Below, in pieces: positions 44,199 through 52,504 of a DNA stretch of 64,000 nt. This stretch comes from Candidatus Spongiisociaceae bacterium (lineage in GTDB: Bacteria > Actinomycetota > Acidimicrobiia > Spongiisociales > Spongiisociaceae), in assembly GCA_965219685.1 (NCBI GenBank), contig CBDCOH010000002.1, forward strand, positions 3,072,001-3,136,000, given 5' to 3'. Position 1 is the stretch's first letter. Each line of letters begins with the position of its first letter. The notes beneath the pieces are model-generated. The model was not told the DNA's origin. It saw nothing but the letters and a program-made list of their open reading frames with translations, and searched no databases. The position numbers and the translations under genes were made by a program.

Positions 44199-44330
44199 AC
44201 CTCCACTGTCACAAGCGACACAGACACCGTGAACCGAACGGCGTGGACTCTACCAAGCCAAACGACCTAGACCCGCCCGCGGCTGGACACACGCCCAAAG
44301 CCGCCAAGAAACTGGCCCTGGGGCGGTTCA

Positions 44331-44890
44331 GGTCACCGATGTCACCGAGCATCCAACCCGAGAAGGCAAGGGTCTACTGCGCGGTCGTCCTCGACGTGTT
44401 CAGCCGTCGAGTCGTCGGCTGGTCCATCGACCACTCCGCCACCTCGGGCCTGGTCACCTCCGCCCTGGGTATGGCTATCCAAAACCGCCAACCGGACGCT
44501 GAGACGGTGATCCACTCAGACCAAGGCACCCCCTACACCTCCTGGGCGTTCACGGACCGGGCGCAGCAGTCCGGGCTCATTCCCTCGATGGGATCAGTCG
44601 GGGACTGCTTTGACAACGCCTTGATGGAGTCGTTCTGTGCCCGGATGCAGGTCGAACTGTTGGACCGGCAGCGATGGCGCACCCGCATCGAGTTGGCCAA
44701 CGCCATCTTCGAATACCTCGAGATCTTCCACAACCGGCAACGACGCCACACCGCCCTGGGAATGCGAACCCCGATCGAATACGAGAGAATCCACCACGAC
44801 AACAACCTGACCATCGCACCGCTCATCCAAGTGAGCTGACTCCAAGAAACCCGGTCACCATCAAGTCTCCGGCAAACCCGGGGCGGTTCA
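44331..44890 (+). mobile_element. IS3-family 3' fragment (integrase core and right IR)
   Basis: VLDVFSRRVVGW, IHSDQG, DNALMESF, FHNRQRRH; IR CCGGCAAACCCGGGGCGGTTCA. Confidence 0.9.
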
Positions 44891-44992
44891 GTCGTTGCTT
44901 GAAATCCGATTATCGAGGACCCCTGTTCACTTTTGGCGGATTCCCCCTCACCCCGGCAGATCCCCCCACTCCTCACCTATTTCCGAAGAGCC
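44891..44992 (-). mobile_element. ISL3-type left-end stub
   Basis: Ends TTCCGAAGAGCC like 18885-18895. Confidence 0.55.
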
Positions 44993-45013
44993 CCTAATGG
45001 ATCAGTGCTCCTA

Positions 45014-46967
45014 CCCGAATTTGGCGGGTGTTTTGCGTTTTGCCTGGTCAGAGGGGGTTTGGCGGTGGGGTGTTTCCACTACATGGGCGGTGTGGGGGGC
45101 CGGTGGTGGGGTTAGGGGGTTAGGTGATGGTGGGGTTGTCCCAGGTGCGGGTGTCTGCTCCGATGGCGGTGAGGATTCGGGTTTGCAGGGGGCTGCGCCG
45201 GCTGGTGACCTGGATTCGGCGGCGGTTGGCGGTGAGTTGGTGGCGGCGGATTCGGTTGAGGTCGCGCAGGGCTCGGGCGGCGGTGAGGTGCTGGTCGCCG
45301 AGGTCGGGATCGCGGATGTCGGCTGCTGCGAGGGCGTGGTTGATGAGGGTTTCGATTAGGGCGGCGTAGACGCAGACCGCGACGTGGCCGCGGACTCGTT
45401 GTTCGGTCCAGTGCCTGACGGGGCGGAGCCTCAGGAAGTCTTTGAGGACCCTGAAGCGGGTCTCGACTGCTTGCAGTTGGCGGTAGTGGTCCACGACTTG
45501 GGCGGTGGGGGCCTGGGCGGGTGTGAGGCTTGTGGCTAGCACGTAGCGACCGGCGAGGAGTTCTTCGTATGTGTGGGTGTCTTCGTTGTAGTGGTAGAGA
45601 AACCGTCCAGCTCCGATCTCGATGTCGAAGAGCCGTCCGGCGCCGCCGGAGGCGAGGATACGCTGCGCGGCCGCCCCGATTTTGGCGGGGTCCTTCAGCT
45701 TGCCGGCGCGGACGCGCAGCTCCAGCGCCCGCAGTTTTGCCTCCGCCGCGGCGATGATGTGGGCTGTGCGGGCGGCGTCTCGGCGGGCGCGGCCGTCGGA
45801 CTCGACCACAACCGCCCGGGTGCCGTCCTCGAGGCTGATATCAGCGGCGCGGCAACGGTACTGGTCTATGTCGACCCAGACGGTGTCGTCGTCGATGGCC
45901 GCAAGGGCTTGGTTGCTGATACGGTCACGACGCAGTTTCGTGGCCAATATGTGGTCGAACCCGGCTTCGGCGACCACTTCGATGTTGGCTGCCGACATCA
46001 GGCCCCTGTCAGCGACCACACAGATACGGCCCACCGCGAACCTCTCGGCCAGGTCGCTCAACACTGCCGCCAGGGTGATGACATCGGCGGTGTTGCCCGA
46101 GAACACCCGATGAGCGATCGGGATCCCGTCGGAGGTGCACAGCAGGCCGATCACTATCTGGGGCCGATCAGCACGATGGTCCCGCGAGTAACCGAACGCC
46201 CGGGATGGGAAACGCCCAGACGGGCGGGTCGAACCCTCGAAATATGTGGAAGTGAGGTCGTAGCAAACCAGCCGCAGGTCCAGGTTCGTCAGGTCGCACA
46301 ACCGCGAATACAGATGTGTCTCCGTGTCGTCCTTGGAAGCGGCGACCGCGTCCAGGGCCCGGTAGTACTGATCAATCGACGGAGCCGACCAGCCCTCGGG
46401 CATGACCACATCCGCCCCGGCCCACTCAACCAGTTGCCGCTTCGAGCACGGTGCCACCAACCGGTTGGCCACCATCGCGAATACCGCATGCTCCAAGGCC
46501 TTCGCGCCCCGTCTAGCGCCGACCTGAGCGAACCACTCGTCGAGGCCGAGCCGCTGCCACACCGCCCACACCGCCGCTACCGCCCCCACCCCAGGCGCCC
46601 CCTCAGCTTCCAACGCCCCCACATCGACACGTTCGCGGCGTAGATGACGCTCCAGCGCGGCCACGATCCGTTCCAGCTGGCCGGACTCCCGCAAAGCGGT
46701 CACCTCCCCCAGCCGCAAAAGAGTCCGGTGACCGACCTTCGACCCTTGGCGGAAAGACTCCACCAAAGACAAATACTCGTAAACCTTGTCGCCCCTGCGA
46801 CGGCGGGTCGTCTTTACGAACATGGCCAGAACAATACCACTAACAGCCCATCTAATCAACGATATGTCGCCCCTACATTCTCGCACCGGAACGGTGTTCT
46901 ACACCACAAAACCCCAGGTCAGCGAACCAACCACCCCCACAAAGCCCCCCAACCCGCCAAACTCGGG
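45014..46967 (-). mobile_element. IS1634-family element, complete, with 5-bp TSD TCCTA
   Basis: IRs CCCGA(A/G)TTTGGCGGG; TCCTA at 45009-13 and 46968-72. Confidence 0.92.
45120..46823 (-). CDS. IS1634-family DDE transposase
   Basis: YDLTSTYFEG, FGYSRDHR, VVADRGL, VETRFRVLK..RPVRHW; probable start MFVKTT. Confidence 0.93.
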   Translation of the reverse strand: MFVKTTRRRRGDKVYEYLSLVESFRQGSKVGHRTLLRLGEVTALRESGQLERIVAALERHLRRERVDVGALEAEGAPGVGAVAAVWAVWQRLGLDEWFAQVGARRGAKALEHAVFAMVANRLVAPCSKRQLVEWAGADVVMPEGWSAPSIDQYYRALDAVAASKDDTETHLYSRLCDLTNLDLRLVCYDLTSTYFEGSTRPSGRFPSRAFGYSRDHRADRPQIVIGLLCTSDGIPIAHRVFSGNTADVITLAAVLSDLAERFAVGRICVVADRGLMSAANIEVVAEAGFDHILATKLRRDRISNQALAAIDDDTVWVDIDQYRCRAADISLEDGTRAVVVESDGRARRDAARTAHIIAAAEAKLRALELRVRAGKLKDPAKIGAAAQRILASGGAGRLFDIEIGAGRFLYHYNEDTHTYEELLAGRYVLATSLTPAQAPTAQVVDHYRQLQAVETRFRVLKDFLRLRPVRHWTEQRVRGHVAVCVYAALIETLINHALAAADIRDPDLGDQHLTAARALRDLNRIRRHQLTANRRRIQVTSRRSPLQTRILTAIGADTRTWDNPTIT

Positions 46968-47156
46968 TCCTATGGCACGCCACCCCGTGAGGGCTACAAG
47001 GGGTCTCACCAACCGGCCGGGGTACGATCTATGTTCAGGAGTCGGGTTCCAGGAGCATCCAACTCACCGGCCAGCCAGCTGGACCACCATACCCTCCCAG
47101 AAACACCATAAGAAGTGGTGGACCCCCTTAGGAGCATCCGGGCGGTTCAGTTGTAG

Positions 47157-50100
47157 TTAAGTAATGGTGATCGGGCTAGAGGCTGGTGAGCAACCGGCTT
47201 TGTTACAGGCTCGAACCGTATAGGTCGTAGGGGAAAACCCGAAGAGAGAAGAATTCGGTTTCCCGTCATAGTAGTTGGTCAGAGGAGCGAACACCTTCTT
47301 GTCGAGCCTATCCCCTTGGAACACCTCATAGAACGTTGCACCGGGAACCGGATCCCACCGGATACGTGCATCATCAAAAGCAAGCCTAATGTCAACCCGT
47401 TCACCATCCAATCCGGTGAGTCTAGCGGGGATCTGGACGGTGCCTGCGGCCTCTGTGATCCCGCCAACGCTACTCGAGTACCCTGAGCACACATCGTCAC
47501 GGCAGGCTCGTACGACATAGTAGTAGAGAGTATCCGCGCTCCGATTCGTGTCCTCATAGGTACCTTTGGAAGCACTGGATTCAACTATCCTATATCCGGT
47601 ACGTTCGGTCTTGCTTCTGCTTATTTCAAAGACGACTCCCGAAGCACTGCCTATCGAGTTCGGCGATATTAGGAGTGTCACGGAGTCGGAGGACACAGCG
47701 TCGACACCGACCGAAGGTATACCGACAAAGGAAGGAGACCCCTCAGCGCTAGGTACTCGCACAGGGTTGTGCGAGTCCACAGATGCACACTCGGAACTGT
47801 CGCAGGCCACCAACCAGTAGTAGTTGTTTCTCCTAGGGTTGGGGTTGGTGTGGGTGTAGGTCGTGGCCGCGACGTTGGTGGCCAACTCGTCGCAGAACCT
47901 GGCGGATCCACTCGATACCTTACAGCGCGAGTCGAAGAAGTCGTCATAGTAGATGTTGTAGTAGTCGGCACCCGTCACCGTATCCCAGGTCAGCACAATA
48001 CTGGAGCCTTCCCACTCGGCAAGGCCTGACGCCGTCACAGATGGGGTTCCGGTGGTGGTTGGTGGGGTTTCAGGTGTGGTTGGTGGGGTTCCGGTGGCGG
48101 TTGCGGGTTTGCTGCTATCCACAGGTGAGCAGCCGGAGCTGTTGCAGGCGGTAACCCAGTAGTAGTTCCTGTCAGGATCCGGGTTGGTGTGGGTGTAGGT
48201 CGTGGCCGCGACGTTGGTGGCCAACTCGTCGCAGAACCTGGCGGATCCCCTCGATACCTTACAGAGCGAGTCGAAGAAGTCGTCATAGTAGATGTTGTAG
48301 TAGTCGGCGCCTGTCACCGTATCCCAGGTGAGCACGATCTCGGGGCCGCTCCATTCGTATTGGGCGGTAGGTGTGGTGATCGTCGCCGGGCTCGTGAGGC
48401 TCGGCGGACGGTTGGCCTGGTCTGCGGTGGACGGGGATAGTGCGGTTGCGATCCACTCGTCTACCAGGTCGCGGTTGGCGGCGATCCACTCGACGGCCAC
48501 GTCGGTTGGGCTTCTGCCCTCGCTCACGGCAACGTGAGCTTCCGACACGTCGATCACAGTCAGCTTGACCTCCTCGAACAGTGCCCTGGCTGCGGGGTTG
48601 GTGGCCAGAAAGTCGTTGTTGGCGGTGACCAGGATGTCGGTAGCCACCCAACCGATCTTGCACTGGCCGCTCGGCTGGTCGGCGGCCGACGGACACTGAT
48701 CGGCGCTGAGGCGCGCGAAACCGCCGGAGCCGTCCGCCATACGCTGGCTGTGAGCCTCGCCGTTCGGCTGGTCGGCCGGGTTGGAATCGTCGAGGATGTT
48801 CTCCACGCCCATCCAGTACACGTTGTCTCCGGGACGAAGCTGCGTGATGTACGCCGACGGCGTCCACGTGTAGACCACCATGGGGATGCCCTCATTGGCG
48901 CTGTCGGCTGCTTGAGCGAACATCGCGTCGTAGCCGGCCTTGGTCTGCGCGATGTTGTCCCAGCCGCTGAAAGCGATCATGTTCTCGATGATGTCGTCGC
49001 AGATCCAGCTCTCGGGACAGCCGTAGATGTCGGCCACGCCGTTGCCGGGAATCGGGTCGGTGGCGTCGAACGCGGCCAGCGCTTCCGCATGGCGGTTGAG
49101 TTCATCCATCGTGTACACGTCGTACTCGTCCGCAAACGACTTGCTGACGAGGAAGCCCTGCAGACCGCCCGCCAGCAGCATCTTGCCTACGATGCTGATG
49201 TGGTCGCCCACCAGCGAGCCGTCGGGCAGCTCAGCCCGGTGCCACGACAGGTGGCCCGGGTACCAGCCGTTAGGCCAGAAGTCCATCTCGCCCCGAGCCA
49301 TCGCGATGTAGGCGAGGGAGGGATCGAGTTCGAGGTCGGCGGGATCGGACACGGTGTAGCCCAGTTCCTCCAGCAGCAGCTTGTACACCTCCGCCTGGAA
49401 GTAGCCTTGGGGCCAGTTGGCCCGGCCAGCCACGATGTCCACGCCTTCGCCGGGAAGAGCGGCCGCGGTGAGGGCTCGGTTTACGAAGGTTGTCATCTCC
49501 GCTCGGGTGGTGTTGTGCCCCGGGCAGTAACTCAGGGGAGTGGTCTTGCATCCTACGGTGACGCCGGAAGCGGCCAGGGCGTTGATGTCGGCGGCATGCA
49601 CATTGCCGCGTTCGACGTCTGCGAACCCGGCCGGCGGTGCCGCGGGCAGATCGAACGCGCGGACCAGGAACGAGGCCATCTGAGCACGGGTTACCGTCCC
49701 GGTGGGGCAGAACCTCGCCGGCTCGGTGGCGCAACCCTCGGTCACACCCAAATCAGCCAGGCGTTCCACATATGGCGCCCACCACTCCGACGGGTCCACA
49801 TCCACGAACCGTGACGACCCCACCACCGCCGGGTCGGCCCCGTCGAGGACACGGACCAGCCACACAGCCATAACCCAGCGTTCCACCGCGTCGTCGGGGC
49901 AGAACTCTCCCGGGGCGCACTCGGTGCCCGCGAACACACCATCAGCCGCAAGCGTGGTGATCGCCGCTTCATGGATAGACCCCCCCACATCCGAGAAGGC
50001 CCCCGAAGCGTCCACACCCGAACGCGCCGGCGCCGTCGTGGAACTGGTAGTGGCCGATCCCGACCCTCCGACTTCCTCGATCAGCCATCCTCCACCGGGC

Positions 50101-50483
50101 TGTCTAGAAGCCACAAAGGTGTACTCCACGCCGTTGATCGACGTCGCACGAAGCTCTAGTCGCTGCCCCGACGTAAAAAACAACAGGCTGCCAGAACCCG
50201 AGTCGTCAACCCGGAACTCCACGTCGGTACCCGGATACGTACACGACCCACCTGCCTCCACCACCAACCCCACATAACACTCTTCGCTCCCCTGCGCGGA
50301 TACCCCGGCTGCTACCACAGCAGAAGCCAGCACCGCCAACACAACTGCAACAGACCTCAGCAGTTCCCGGCCTCCTCGCGGGCGTGACCGTCGAATCGGC
50401 CCCGGCACCCGCCGATGACTCCTGCGAGGCTGCCAGTAACCCAGCTCCACCCAGCCCCGAACCCTCCGTGTTTCTCTAGCCAC
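47157..50483 (-). CDS. SLH protein fused to a glycine betaine (OpuAC/ProX-type) binding domain and FN3-like repeats
   Basis: SLH motifs; GRANW..GYFQA..LLEELGY, DFWPNGWYP, YGCPESWIC, YTWTPS; duplicated LTWDTVTGADYYNIY..YYW modules. Confidence 0.88.
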   Translation of the reverse strand: MARETRRVRGWVELGYWQPRRSHRRVPGPIRRSRPRGGRELLRSVAVVLAVLASAVVAAGVSAQGSEECYVGLVVEAGGSCTYPGTDVEFRVDDSGSGSLLFFTSGQRLELRATSINGVEYTFVASRQPGGGWLIEEVGGSGSATTSSTTAPARSGVDASGAFSDVGGSIHEAAITTLAADGVFAGTECAPGEFCPDDAVERWVMAVWLVRVLDGADPAVVGSSRFVDVDPSEWWAPYVERLADLGVTEGCATEPARFCPTGTVTRAQMASFLVRAFDLPAAPPAGFADVERGNVHAADINALAASGVTVGCKTTPLSYCPGHNTTRAEMTTFVNRALTAAALPGEGVDIVAGRANWPQGYFQAEVYKLLLEELGYTVSDPADLELDPSLAYIAMARGEMDFWPNGWYPGHLSWHRAELPDGSLVGDHISIVGKMLLAGGLQGFLVSKSFADEYDVYTMDELNRHAEALAAFDATDPIPGNGVADIYGCPESWICDDIIENMIAFSGWDNIAQTKAGYDAMFAQAADSANEGIPMVVYTWTPSAYITQLRPGDNVYWMGVENILDDSNPADQPNGEAHSQRMADGSGGFARLSADQCPSAADQPSGQCKIGWVATDILVTANNDFLATNPAARALFEEVKLTVIDVSEAHVAVSEGRSPTDVAVEWIAANRDLVDEWIATALSPSTADQANRPPSLTSPATITTPTAQYEWSGPEIVLTWDTVTGADYYNIYYDDFFDSLCKVSRGSARFCDELATNVAATTYTHTNPDPDRNYYWVTACNSSGCSPVDSSKPATATGTPPTTPETPPTTTGTPSVTASGLAEWEGSSIVLTWDTVTGADYYNIYYDDFFDSRCKVSSGSARFCDELATNVAATTYTHTNPNPRRNNYYWLVACDSSECASVDSHNPVRVPSAEGSPSFVGIPSVGVDAVSSDSVTLLISPNSIGSASGVVFEISRSKTERTGYRIVESSASKGTYEDTNRSADTLYYYVVRACRDDVCSGYSSSVGGITEAAGTVQIPARLTGLDGERVDIRLAFDDARIRWDPVPGATFYEVFQGDRLDKKVFAPLTNYYDGKPNSSLFGFSPTTYTVRACNKAGCSPASSPITIT

Positions 50484-50585
50484 AAGAACCCCGTTTCTTC
50501 TCGGAACCCGCCCCGGCCTTAGCCATCAGTGTTCGCTCGAGGCCTACCCGCCGACGCTGAACAGATCCAAGAGTGTTAGCCGGGT

Positions 50586-52340
50586 TCAGCATTGGACGGG
50601 TGGCACGTTCTCGGGTGGTGCGGGCAGCCGTATCGTGATGCCCTCGATGTCTGTTCCCTCGACGGTGACCATTAGGGCTTCCTGGTGGTTGGTGGTGATG
50701 CCCTCACCGTCGTAATAGCCGGCACAGGCACCGCCAGACGCGGCGTACACGTCCAAGCGGTACGGGCCGTCGGCTACGCGTATGACAAAGGTGCCACCGG
50801 ACCCGGATACACCCCAGCGGCTGTTGTCGGTGTTGTGGATCTGCCACGCCCACAGTCCCACCCCCTCTACAGGTCGACCGTCGGGGTCGACGATCACCCC
50901 CCGGATCGCCGACGGTATACCGACCAGCGGCGGGAGCGGCGCTGGGAGCCGCGTGATGAACGGCGAACCGCGCAGGATGGCCTTCTCGTCGTCACGCAGA
51001 TAAGTGTCCGGATACGCCGTATAGCCGTTCGCCATTAGCGCCGGGTAGTCGCAGGACGGCAGCCCCTCGTCGCATCCCGGCGGGTGATCAGTCACACCCA
51101 GCGCGTGGGTGAGTTCATGTGCCAGCCCACCGATCCAGCGCCCTAGATGGTTGCCGTACGGGCCCTCTCCACAGAAATAGTACTCCCCCCCAGGGTCGGT
51201 CACGCCTTCTACGTCGTCGCGGGACAGTATGGTGAGACCCCAGCCTCCCCTCCCGAGTTCATGACCGGCCTCACCCAGGCGGTGGTACTCGTCGCAGGCT
51301 TCTTCCACATCGGGGTAGATGACCCAGGTAGTGGTCGACCCCGGAGCTTCGTGGGTGCGACCAGGCCAATGCCCGACGGGAGCGCAGTCCTGCACCCCTT
51401 CCACCACCTTCTCCCAGGCGTCGCCCGATGCGTAGAAGCCCTCCGACCGGCTCAGGCGGCAGTCCTCCACTATGGGATCATGCAACGAGAACGTCATCCC
51501 GCCGAGTTCCTGGTGATACCAGGACTGGACATGCTCGACCGCTCGGCGGATCGCGTCGCGGCTGTCGGAGTCGACTTCGCGGTCTGCGGGCACCGCGTAC
51601 AGCACCCGCACCACATGCTCCGGTCGGGGATCGACTGCTAGAGCCCGGGTCAGGAACGTGGCCATTTCCGCCCGGCTGGTGTCCCGGTCCGGGCAGTAAC
51701 GACGAGGGCTGGTTGCGCAGCCCGCAGTTACCCCAGCCGCGGCCAACGCATCGATGTCGGGCTCGTGGACCCCCCCAGTATCGGTAAACCGACCCGACCG
51801 GCCGCCCGGCAGCCCGAACGCGCGGACCAGGAACGACGCCATCTGAGCACGGGTAACCGTCTCGCCCGGACAGAAACGCGCCGGACCGGTGGCGCAGCCT
51901 GCGGTCACACCCAAATCGGCGAGGCGTTCCACATACGGCGCCCACCACTCCGACGCGTCCACATCCGCGAACCGTGACGAACCCACTGCCGCCGGGTCGG
52001 CACCGTCGAGGATACGCACCAGCCACACAGCCATCACCCAACGCTCCACCGCATCCGTGGGACAGAACTCCCCCGGAGCGCATTCGGTCCCCTCAAACAC
52101 ACCCATAGCCGCCAGCGAATCGACAGCCTCGGAATGAACCCCGCCCTCCGGCATGTCCGAGAACCCACCAGCCGCGACCACAGCCAATGACCCTCCACCC
52201 GACTCATCCCCAACCGGGGTGGCCACAGCCGCCGACGGAAACAGAACCACCAGAACCACCACAGCTACAACACGCTGATGAAACAACGACCAAGCAGACT
52301 TCACGACTCCGTCCCCGTAGTCGCACCCATTGATAGCCAT
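50586..52340 (-). CDS. SLH-anchored zinc metallopeptidase-like protein with C-terminal carboxypeptidase-regulatory-like domain
   Basis: Signal peptide, SLH repeats, GLAHELTHALG (HExxH) and ALM turn, IRGVIVDPDGRPVEG. Confidence 0.85.
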   Translation of the reverse strand: MAINGCDYGDGVVKSAWSLFHQRVVAVVVLVVLFPSAAVATPVGDESGGGSLAVVAAGGFSDMPEGGVHSEAVDSLAAMGVFEGTECAPGEFCPTDAVERWVMAVWLVRILDGADPAAVGSSRFADVDASEWWAPYVERLADLGVTAGCATGPARFCPGETVTRAQMASFLVRAFGLPGGRSGRFTDTGGVHEPDIDALAAAGVTAGCATSPRRYCPDRDTSRAEMATFLTRALAVDPRPEHVVRVLYAVPADREVDSDSRDAIRRAVEHVQSWYHQELGGMTFSLHDPIVEDCRLSRSEGFYASGDAWEKVVEGVQDCAPVGHWPGRTHEAPGSTTTWVIYPDVEEACDEYHRLGEAGHELGRGGWGLTILSRDDVEGVTDPGGEYYFCGEGPYGNHLGRWIGGLAHELTHALGVTDHPPGCDEGLPSCDYPALMANGYTAYPDTYLRDDEKAILRGSPFITRLPAPLPPLVGIPSAIRGVIVDPDGRPVEGVGLWAWQIHNTDNSRWGVSGSGGTFVIRVADGPYRLDVYAASGGACAGYYDGEGITTNHQEALMVTVEGTDIEGITIRLPAPPENVPPVQC

Positions 52341-52386
52341 GTTTGGGTAGACTACTGGGGTGTGGTCAGTCGCTGACCACCTTGTT

Positions 52387-52404
52387 GTGTGTAACAGTGT
52401 CGGA
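52387..52404 (-). promoter_or_regulatory. Conserved upstream box TCCGACACTGTTACACAC
   Basis: Matches 41988-42005; lies between the divergent SLH peptidase and hybrid kinase genes. Confidence 0.55.
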
Positions 52405-52504
52405 CCAGGCTCAATGTCCGTGTATGGTATGTGATTCGGAGGGCGGGTGTCTGGCCGGGCTTGGTAAACGGCGGCGACCGGTCTGAAAGCGAGACGTTTG
52501 GGAC

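Larger units (their letters stand above)
44993..47131 (-). mobile_element. IS110-A left-end / bridge-RNA fragment (A4) interrupted by IS1634
   Basis: 44993-45013 plus 46973-47131 reconstitute the homologue of 62172-62353. Confidence 0.8.

Noticed and set aside
47810-48345. Near-identical repeat pair as DGR template/variable repeats
   Set aside because: Both lie in frame within one gene as FN3-like modules, and there is no reverse transcriptase in the window
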